A DNA stretch of 31,879 nucleotides from a virus (lineage: Duplodnaviria > Caudoviricetes): IMG/VR virus record IMGVR_UViG_3300012964_000040, positions 1 to 31,879 of that record; one strand, written 5' to 3'. Both the position numbers and the translations under genes were made by a program. The notes beneath the pieces are model-generated. The model saw nothing but the letters and a program-made list of their open reading frames with translations, was not told the DNA's origin and made no database searches. The first letter of the stretch is position 1; every line of letters begins with the position of its first letter. Positions 1-4,953 of the stretch are shown in pieces.

Positions 1-117
1 GCAACGAGAGACCGCCCGAAATGGCGGAAACGCAGCAGGACGCTACTGCGTGGCTCCGGGATACATGGCGCGCTTGAGCCTAGGATCAAGCCCTACGCCC
101 TCGTTGCGACTTTTTTT
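1..117 (+). other. Multi-branched RNA structure followed by a U-tract (candidate ncRNA 3' end or terminator/attenuator; 5' part probably outside the window)
   Basis: Closing stem GCAACGAG(1-8)/CTCGTTGC(100-107). Inner hairpins CCGCC/GGCGG (12-27), ACGCAG/CTGCGT (30-51) and GCTTGA/TCAAGC (72-91), the last extended by GGCG/CGCC. T7 tract at 111-117. Confidence 0.45.
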
Positions 118-133
118 ATAATGAAGCAACGAT

Positions 134-220
134 GCCTAACGTGGAGGTCAGCAGCCGCGCTGACCACTTAACAACAGAGAACCCTGCCGTTGCGCGGTCT
201 GCTGCACCGTAGGGTTAGGG
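134..220 (-). other. attC site (87 bp)
   Basis: Minus strand reads CCCTAAC-CCTAC-GGTGCAGCAGACCGCGC...GCGCGGCTGCTGACC-TCCAC-GTTAGGC: R'', 5-nt spacer, L'' with an extra G, a second extrahelical A, L', R'. Confidence 0.9.
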
Positions 221-230
221 GATTTTAACT

Positions 231-566
231 ATGGAACAAAGCAAATTGATGGAATTCGTAAACGCAAGCGATAGAGAGCTGCGCGAATTTCTTGAGAAAA
301 ACCCAAAAGCCGCCAAGTTCCAGCGCCTTAATTTTAACGACAGCACGACACAGGAACGCATGATGCGGGTTGGAATTGAGGCCAGACATTGCGAAGCTAA
401 ATCAGAGGATGATATTTTTATGTTGGCCGTTGCAACGCTGCAAAACGACCATGTGAAAAACGAAAGAAAGCGCTTAACGGGTCTTACCCCTAACGTCAAG
501 CATGAGGGGGCGCCGGCATTATCGGCGCTCCCGCTCGATGCGCCTGTTGGGCGCGATGAGGGGTAA
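231..566 (+). CDS. Hypothetical protein (cassette cargo; reads through attC 488-552)
   Basis: 111-aa ORF starting 10 nt after the attC, whose AGGGG end could serve as RBS. No recognisable family. Confidence 0.7.
   Translation: MEQSKLMEFVNASDRELREFLEKNPKAAKFQRLNFNDSTTQERMMRVGIEARHCEAKSEDDIFMLAVATLQNDHVKNERKRLTGLTPNVKHEGAPALSALPLDAPVGRDEG
488..552 (-). other. attC site (65 bp)
   Basis: Minus strand reads GCCCAAC-AGGCG-CATCGAGCGGGAGCGCCG...CGGCGCCCCCTCATG-CTTGAC-GTTAGGG, with extrahelical bases on the R''/L'' arm. Confidence 0.88.
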
Positions 567-569
567 GAC

Positions 570-815
570 ATGGCAACGATGCCACGCGGGATGGTCCTCG
601 CCGTACCGGCCACGCTGCACCTGGACTCCTGGGCTGGGCGGAGAACCTACCAAATCCGGGTGACTGGAGAGACGCGGGAGAACTACCGCTTTGAGGCGCT
701 GGAGGATATTCCGATGCCGCGAAGGCGCTGGCTGAAGGTTGGAGAACATGGGCGCGCGCCGAAGTCTGCCGTGACGCCCAACGCCAAGGTAAGCGGCGTG
801 CCGCCACAGGACTAA
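570..815 (+). CDS. Hypothetical protein (cassette cargo)
   Basis: 81-aa ORF with GAGGGG RBS. The stop lies inside the next, truncated attC. Confidence 0.7.
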   Translation: MATMPRGMVLAVPATLHLDSWAGRRTYQIRVTGETRENYRFEALEDIPMPRRRWLKVGEHGRAPKSAVTPNAKVSGVPPQD

Positions 816-881
816 AAGGGAGCGATGAAGATGGAGCAACTGCAAGCGTTTGACGGAGGCACATGCGGCACGTCCGACTCG
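776..881 (-). other. Truncated attC site (R' half and stem retained, R'' end lost)
   Basis: GCCCAAC-GCCAAG-GTAAGCGGCGTGCCGC pairs with GCGGCACGTCCG (865-876) with the usual bulged base, but no GTT box follows on the + strand. Confidence 0.65.
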
Positions 882-968
882 TGGTACGGAACAGCAAGCG
901 GTGCGAACCCAAGGCCCCCAACGGCTGAATTCAGGGGCGGGCGGCTTTTTGCCCGTCCACTGGAATGA
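825..968 (+). pseudogene. 47-codon ORF, probable remnant of an internally deleted cassette gene
   Basis: AAAGGGAG RBS and ATG lie inside the loop of the truncated attC. MKMEQLQAFDGGTCGTSDSW...RPLE* is mostly att-site sequence. Confidence 0.35.
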
Positions 969-978
969 TTTGTTAGAG
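916..978 (-). other. attC site (63 bp), near-identical to the attC at 3474-3536
   Basis: Minus strand reads CTCTAAC-AAATC-ATTCCAGTGGACGGGCAAAAAGCCGCCCGCCCCTGAAT-TCAGCC-GTTGGGG. Confidence 0.9.
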
Positions 979-1000
979 CGCTGTTACAACAGGAGAGAAC

Positions 1001-1276
1001 ATGAAATCACCAATGCGACAGGCTTTTGAGGCATGGCATGGGTTTGAAGTTTGCGACGAAATGGACATCCAAACGTCGGTGGCTTGGGATAGCTGGAAAA
1101 CCGCATGGCGTGCGGCATCACTGGTGGAGCGCGAGGCGTGCGCTAGGCTGTGCGACAGGGCTGCACGAGATGACGTTGTGGCAAATGGGAACCTTGGCTG
1201 GACAAGCTCAGTTACACCACCAGATAAGCTTGCAGCCGGCATACGGATGCGCTCTAACGCAGAAATCAGGGGCTGA
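1001..1276 (+). CDS. Phage-type hypothetical protein (cassette cargo)
   Basis: AGGAGAG RBS. Contains 'AWRAA..EREACARLCD', a motif I associate with small early proteins of proteobacterial phages. Confidence 0.75.
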   Translation: MKSPMRQAFEAWHGFEVCDEMDIQTSVAWDSWKTAWRAASLVEREACARLCDRAARDDVVANGNLGWTSSVTPPDKLAAGIRMRSNAEIRG

Positions 1277-1312
1277 GCGTTAGCGAAGTCCCGCTGGATT
1301 GACGGGTTATGC
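1252..1312 (-). other. attC site (61 bp)
   Basis: Minus strand reads GCATAAC-CCGTC-AATCCAGCGGGACTTCGCTAACGCTCAGCCCCTGATT-TCTGC-GTTAGAG. Confidence 0.9.
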
Positions 1313-1325
1313 CCCGCCTTTCGAT

Positions 1326-1377
1326 GAAAATATATTTTAATTTAGGGCTTGACAGTAATTAAATATAGGGCTAGACT
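1326..1377 (+). promoter_or_regulatory. Sigma70-type promoter carried inside a cassette
   Basis: TTGACA (1349-1354), 17-bp spacer, TAGACT (1372-1377), with an AT-rich UP-like tract upstream. Confidence 0.75.
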
Positions 1378-1425
1378 GTGTTCATGGTTAGCGATTGGCG
1401 CGAACCGATTACAGGAGATACGAAA

Positions 1426-1695
1426 ATGAGCAAATTACACAATATGGATTTGGCAGGGTTTATCGAATGCGCAGCTGCAGGCATTAACCCGGAGGATTGC
1501 AAAATCGAGGGTTTCGCGGAGGCCTGCTACAACGACAACTCTGTTTCAGAATTAATCGAGGCTCTGAAATCACTGTCGGCAGATAAAACAGATTGTGAAA
1601 ACTGGAAAATAACACCCTCACAATGGCGTGGCGAAATAAAAAGCGCTCTTGAATATGCGATGTTTCAATATGTATCAGATAACGACCTGAAATGA
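1426..1695 (+). CDS. Hypothetical protein (cassette cargo, gene 1 of 2)
   Basis: ATG 1426 preferred over 1378 because of an AGGAGA RBS and its position downstream of the promoter. 89 aa, acidic. Confidence 0.75.
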   Translation: MSKLHNMDLAGFIECAAAGINPEDCKIEGFAEACYNDNSVSELIEALKSLSADKTDCENWKITPSQWRGEIKSALEYAMFQYVSDNDLK

Positions 1696-1883
1696 ACCAG
1701 GGCGGAGCAAGAAAGGGGGCCGGGAGGCCTCCGATTGACCCGCGAATGGTCAAGGTTCCGGTGGGGTACAAACTGCCCCGCTGGCTCGTTGAATGGCTGC
1801 GCGAACAGGATACGCCAGCCGCTCAGTTGATTGAGGACGCATTAAAAAAGCGGCACAAACTGAAACCGCCCGAAGGGGCATAA
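1692..1883 (+). CDS. Small DNA-binding protein, AT-hook plus ribbon-helix-helix/CopG-like
   Basis: GGARKGAGRPP followed by a beta-strand 'KVPVGYKL' and two helices. ATGA overlap with the upstream gene; its TAA lies in the GCATAAC recombination box. Confidence 0.75.
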   Translation: MNQGGARKGAGRPPIDPRMVKVPVGYKLPRWLVEWLREQDTPAAQLIEDALKKRHKLKPPEGA

Positions 1884-1916
1884 CGCACGTTAGCCGACAA
1901 ATGTCGCGTAACTACG
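1878..1916 (-). repeat. attI-like cap site, copy 1 (36-bp exact repeat at 1881-1916)
   Basis: TAACGCACGTTAGCCGACAAATGTCGCGTAACTACG is identical to 4202-4237. Minus strand reads ...GGCTAAC-GTGC-GTTATGC. The repeat is certain; the attI role is inferred. Confidence 0.7.
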
Positions 1917-1924
1917 GAGTGAAA

Positions 1925-2155
1925 ATGGTGGCAAACAGAGCTACATGGGGGGTAAAAGAACTTGATACTGGGCTAATTGTCGCCAGGGGCAGCGTCCCGA
2001 CAGCAGATGAGGCAATACGCGAAGCTGCGCACTACGCGATACAATATGGCCAGGATGGACCTGTATGTTATTGGGTGAAGCAAGATGGAAAAATACTTGT
2101 ACAAGGTTCGCTGAACGGCGTGACAATTGTGGCGACACCAGACGATGCAAACTAA
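1925..2155 (+). CDS. Hypothetical protein
   Basis: ORF 1901-2155; ATG 1925 follows GGAG at 1916-1919. Confidence 0.65.
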   Translation: MVANRATWGVKELDTGLIVARGSVPTADEAIREAAHYAIQYGQDGPVCYWVKQDGKILVQGSLNGVTIVATPDDAN

Positions 2156-2306
2156 CCCACTTGCAACCGTCGAGCACATGCTAGAGATCGCCAGGCGCTT
2201 GGGCTATATCCGCGAGGTAGTGGAATCCTACCAGACATATCGGCGGATAGGCTATACTGTAGAGCAGGCGGCGCAGATGGCGTTAGCGGATTGGGAGGAC
2301 GAGTGA
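2145..2306 (+). CDS. Hypothetical protein, 53 aa (below the ORF-track cutoff)
   Basis: MQTNPLATVEHMLEIARRLGYIREVVESYQTYRRIGYTVEQAAQMALADWEDE*. Fills the gap and overlaps both neighbours (GTGA coupling at 2303). Confidence 0.65.
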   Translation: MQTNPLATVEHMLEIARRLGYIREVVESYQTYRRIGYTVEQAAQMALADWEDE

Positions 2307-2548
2307 CAGCTAAATTAGTAGTGCTCGACACCCCAAATTTACGCGATGTCCCCGCTGGGCTGCGTAGATTGGCTGACGATCTAGAACATGGCCGCGCAAT
2401 GGCGGTCGAGGCCATTATCATCACCCGCGATGCTGATGATCATATGCGATATTACAGTTATGGTAATATCGTCGATGTTGCCCACGGTATTGGTATGCTA
2501 CATATTGCTGCCGTGGCGTTAGCGTCGGGCAATCTGGAGGATGATTGA
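2303..2548 (+). CDS. Phage hypothetical protein
   Basis: GGAGG RBS and GTG start; 'NLRDVPAGLRRLADDLEHG' helix-rich small protein. Confidence 0.7.
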   Translation: MTAKLVVLDTPNLRDVPAGLRRLADDLEHGRAMAVEAIIITRDADDHMRYYSYGNIVDVAHGIGMLHIAAVALASGNLEDD

Positions 2549-3131
2549 GCCTACAATTATGACTAATGCGCGATATGCACTCGCAAAACTAGCAGGCCGT
2601 GTGCCTGAGCTGGGCGCGACGCGCGGTACTGATCGAGCGAGCATCACGCCCGAGGATGTTGCTGCGGCGTGCGCAGGACTTGCGCGGGGGCCGTATCTGA
2701 TTGCATTGGCTAAATACGCGCATGATTGGTCAGGCATCGCGGAGTTGGAGCGCATTATCTGGCTAGAGGTCGTAGATATAGCGATCCGTCCGCCTGACGG
2801 CAGGCCATGGCGAATACCCGTCGGGCAGGAGATATTGCGCAATCTAGGGCGGGCGGCGGCGCTGGAGGCTATTGAGGAGCCATTGTGTGATGAATGCTCG
2901 GGGCGGCGTGTGATATTCCTCCCCGGGGGGTTGGTCGAGGATTGCGAGGCGTGTGCAGGGACGGGACGAGGGCGTTATGGCGCGGTTACACTGGCGGCGT
3001 CGGTCGGCGTATCATTGCCAGACTGGGCGCACGTCTGGGGACCGAGATACGCAATTATAAGCAAAATCCCGTATAATTGGCTATATACGGCAGTATTGCA
3101 TATTAATCAGAGATTAAACGATGATGGTTGA
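2541..3131 (+). CDS. Q: Late-gene antitermination protein, lambda Q-like
   Basis: N-terminal 'SITPEDVAAACAG', Zn finger CDECSG...CEACAGTG, HTH-like 'LAASVGVSLPDWAHVWGPRY'. Lies upstream of a promoter-terminator pair and the late operon. Confidence 0.8.
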   Translation: MIEPTIMTNARYALAKLAGRVPELGATRGTDRASITPEDVAAACAGLARGPYLIALAKYAHDWSGIAELERIIWLEVVDIAIRPPDGRPWRIPVGQEILRNLGRAAALEAIEEPLCDECSGRRVIFLPGGLVEDCEACAGTGRGRYGAVTLAASVGVSLPDWAHVWGPRYAIISKIPYNWLYTAVLHINQRLNDDG

Positions 3132-3198
3132 CGAACGGTAGACGTTTTAGGTGAGTCGCAACGGCTATTACTCGGAGTCTGTAGACTTTGCACGAGTG

Positions 3199-3256
3199 GC
3201 CTAACGAACAAAGCTCAGGCGCGGCGTAGCCGTCGCGCTGGAGCACCGTGTTGGGC
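3199..3256 (-). other. attC site (58 bp)
   Basis: Minus strand reads GCCCAAC-ACGGT-GCTCCAGCGCGACGGCTACGCCGCGCCTGAGC-TTTGTTC-GTTAGGC. Confidence 0.9.
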
Positions 3257-3273
3257 ACAGGCCCGGATAGGAA

Positions 3274-3486
3274 ATGATGACTGAACTCTATATGTGCCGA
3301 ACGGATTATGACCATGAGCTTGGCGCTGCGATGGGTGGAAATGTTGTTTACCCAAGCGTGGAAGATTTGAAGTTGCACCGGGGTTGCATTACGGAATGCG
3401 GGATTGTGGCGGTGCGCGTTGAGTTTGTGCGCGTAGTTGAGGAAGGGTGCCTGCACGGTGACTGTGACGAGGTGCCCAACGCCTGA
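3274..3486 (+). CDS. Hypothetical protein (cassette cargo)
   Basis: 70-aa ORF with AGGA RBS. Its TGA stop lies inside attC 3474-3536. Confidence 0.7.
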   Translation: MMTELYMCRTDYDHELGAAMGGNVVYPSVEDLKLHRGCITECGIVAVRVEFVRVVEEGCLHGDCDEVPNA

Positions 3487-3536
3487 ATTCAGGGGCGGGC
3501 GGCTTTTTGCCCGTCCACTGGAATGATTTGTTGGGC
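3474..3536 (-). other. attC site (63 bp)
   Basis: Minus strand reads GCCCAAC-AAATC-ATTCCAGTGGACGGGCAAAAAGCCGCCCGCCCCTGAAT-TCAGGC-GTTGGGC. Confidence 0.92.
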
Positions 3537-3560
3537 ACGGAGCAACCAAAGGGGAACGAT

Positions 3561-3908
3561 ATGGATAAAGAAACGGTATTGTTTTGTGCGGACAAGGTGG
3601 CAGGTCTTGCAAAAGCCGCTGGCTATTTTGCGGCCAATGCGGTGGCACCAACAGTGAAATTAAACGCGCTTGTTCGCCAGGAGATTTTGCTAGAGGTTGA
3701 AATGGTCTTGCGCAAAAGCGCGAACGGGACAGGTTATTGTGGCACGTGCGGGCAGTGGACGAATGGGCCATTAACTTGCTGCGCGAATGACGGTGACTTG
3801 CCGGAAGTGTCTGAGGTGGAAGCGTTTGCGGTACGCGCAAGCAGAGTGCCCAACGCCATAGCTCAGGGGCGCGAGCATAGCGAGCGTCCCGCTGGAGCGG
3901 AGGGTTAG
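3561..3908 (+). CDS. Hypothetical protein with a CxxC...CC motif (cassette cargo)
   Basis: AAAGGGG RBS before ATG 3561. Reads through attC 3848-3910. Confidence 0.65.
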   Translation: MDKETVLFCADKVAGLAKAAGYFAANAVAPTVKLNALVRQEILLEVEMVLRKSANGTGYCGTCGQWTNGPLTCCANDGDLPEVSEVEAFAVRASRVPNAIAQGREHSERPAGAEG

Positions 3909-3910
3909 AT
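3848..3910 (-). other. attC site (63 bp)
   Basis: Minus strand reads ATCTAAC-CCTCC-GCTCCAGCGGGACGCTCGCTATGCTCGCGCCCCTGAGC-TATGGC-GTTGGGC. Confidence 0.9.
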
Positions 3911-4214
3911 GCTGCACATTTACATCGAGACGATGCAGCCAGCGACCGGCTGGACTGACACACACAGCGGCGATCCAATGCAGATGGGCTACGAGCCGGA
4001 GAAACTGATTTACACGGACTGCTGCGGCCAGCAACGGCCCGCGAAAGACTGCATGGTGCAGAGCTACTACGACGGCCTGAGCGTCTGGTGTGCGCCGGAG
4101 AAAGGCTGCAAAGACCCGCAAGTGATCGCGGAGAAGAAGGCGAAGGAGTTTGCGACACGCAGCGCAGGGCAGAAGGCGCGATGGGCGAAGGCGAAAGCAT
4201 CTAACGCACGTTAG
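3909..4214 (+). CDS. Cys-rich hypothetical protein (cassette cargo)
   Basis: 101 aa with five Cys and a basic C-terminal helix. The GGAGGG RBS and the start codon lie at the attC edge; the stop lies in the attI-like repeat. Confidence 0.75.
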   Translation: MLHIYIETMQPATGWTDTHSGDPMQMGYEPEKLIYTDCCGQQRPAKDCMVQSYYDGLSVWCAPEKGCKDPQVIAEKKAKEFATRSAGQKARWAKAKASNAR

Positions 4215-4237
4215 CCGACAAATGTCGCGTAACTACG
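4199..4237 (-). repeat. attI-like cap site, copy 2 (36-bp exact repeat at 4202-4237)
   Basis: Identical to 1881-1916. Minus strand reads ...GGCTAAC-GTGC-GTTAGAT. Confidence 0.7.
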
Positions 4238-4278
4238 TGGAGAAAGCCGACACACAACGCCTAGGCCTAAACTAGGAG

Positions 4279-4307
4279 TTGACACCTAAATAAAAATGTG
4301 CTTTACT
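4279..4307 (+). promoter_or_regulatory. Late promoter, pR'-like
   Basis: TTGACA (4279-4284), 17-bp spacer, TG-extended TTTACT (4302-4307). Downstream of Q and upstream of a terminator and the packaging genes. Confidence 0.65.
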
Positions 4308-4338
4308 TGCTTCGGGACATTCCGTCCATGAATTTTAT

Positions 4339-4363
4339 AAACCCGCCAATTGTGCGGGTTTTT
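4339..4363 (+). terminator. Intrinsic terminator, tR'-like
   Basis: AAACCCGC-CAATTGT-GCGGGTTTTT. Confidence 0.75.
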
Positions 4364-4381
4364 GCGTTTAAGGGGGTTAAT

Positions 4382-4420
4382 ATGGCGAAAGGAAAAGGTA
4401 AGGGCAAAGGCGGCAAATGA
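4382..4420 (+). CDS. 12-aa Lys/Gly peptide (possible leader ORF)
   Basis: AGGGGG RBS; MAKGKGKGKGGK*; ATGA overlap with the next gene. Confidence 0.5.
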   Translation: MAKGKGKGKGGK

Positions 4421-4953
4421 ACCTCCCAATCACCTACGATCAGTTCATTGAGCGGTGCATCCCCGGCGATGTGGTATTTGTAGGCAAAGGATCATTTGTT
4501 AGCTGGGCCATACGCACGATTACGGGGAAGCCCTATTCGCATTGCGGATTCGTTACGCTCAATGAGGCAGGCCAATGGATGATGATTGAGGCCGATCCGC
4601 ATGAAGCGCGAGCGGTACAGCTATCGGACTACAAGGGTCGTAAGTTGGCCATCGTCCGTCACCCGGTCCCCTGGGACGATATCAAGACTAAAGTATGGGA
4701 GTCCATCGGGACTGACTATGCCTACTCTCATCTCCTGTGGATCGCTCTGCGCGAACGTCTAGGCGTCAGGATGAGTTACACCGCCGCCAAAGAATACTGC
4801 TGTAGCGAGCATGTAGCTCTGAATCTCATCAAGGGCGGACTCAAAACCGCGCCCGGTCATTTGATATGGCCCCTCGATTGGCGCTGTTCCCCCGGTCGAC
4901 TCGCTGAACAACTGGACGCAATGGGCTACCCAGTAATCGCGGAGACTGCGTAA
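4417..4953 (+). CDS. Permuted papain-like NlpC/P60 enzyme (YiiX/YebB-like)
   Basis: PGDVVF...YSHCG (His first), IEA, G..Y and YCCSEHV (Cys last): the circularly permuted catalytic order. Confidence 0.85.
   Translation: MNLPITYDQFIERCIPGDVVFVGKGSFVSWAIRTITGKPYSHCGFVTLNEAGQWMMIEADPHEARAVQLSDYKGRKLAIVRHPVPWDDIKTKVWESIGTDYAYSHLLWIALRERLGVRMSYTAAKEYCCSEHVALNLIKGGLKTAPGHLIWPLDWRCSPGRLAEQLDAMGYPVIAETA

Larger units (their letters stand above)
134..1916 (-). mobile_element. Integron-type gene-cassette array 1 (four cassettes plus one deleted remnant; no integrase in window)
   Basis: attC-like sites at 134-220, 488-552, 776-881 (truncated), 916-978 and 1252-1312. Each intact cassette is bounded by perfectly complementary 7-mers (GTTAGGG/CCCTAAC, GTTGGGC/GCCCAAC, GTTAGAG/CTCTAAC, GTTATGC/GCATAAC). 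Capped by the 36-bp site at 1881-1916. Confidence 0.88.
3199..4237 (-). mobile_element. Integron-type gene-cassette array 2 (three cassettes) between Q and the late promoter
   Basis: attC sites at 3199-3256, 3474-3536 and 3848-3910. Cassette ends are complementary (GTTGGGC/GCCCAAC twice, GTTAGAT/ATCTAAC). Capped by the 36-bp repeat. Confidence 0.88.

Noticed and set aside
215-1242. Minus-strand ORFs (215-613, 496-921, 519-845, 973-1242) as the real, normally oriented cassette genes
   Set aside because: Most start outside their cassette or lack an RBS and have low-complexity composition, whereas the plus-strand ORFs have RBSs and protein-like sequence. 973-1242 does fit inside a cassette and stops in the R'' box, so it is not fully excluded.
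1901-1924. ORF start at ATG 1901 inside the 36-bp repeat
   Set aside because: No RBS precedes it, and ATG 1925 has a GGAG at suitable spacing.
3155-3163. GTCGCAACG, complementary to 102-110 near the distal end of array 1
   Set aside because: Only 9 bp with no flanking similarity; compatible with chance.
3103-4200. 365-aa minus-strand ORF spanning array 2 as a possible integrase
   Set aside because: No tyrosine-recombinase R-H-R-Y motifs are recognisable. It is Ser/Arg/Pro-rich, crosses three cassettes, and is antisense to ORFs with good RBSs, so it is probably a shadow frame.
134-4237. CRISPR array or REP/terminator interpretation of the recurring palindromes
   Set aside because: The units differ in sequence and length, are separated by whole genes, lack U-tracts, and show R/L boxes with asymmetric bulges typical of attC.
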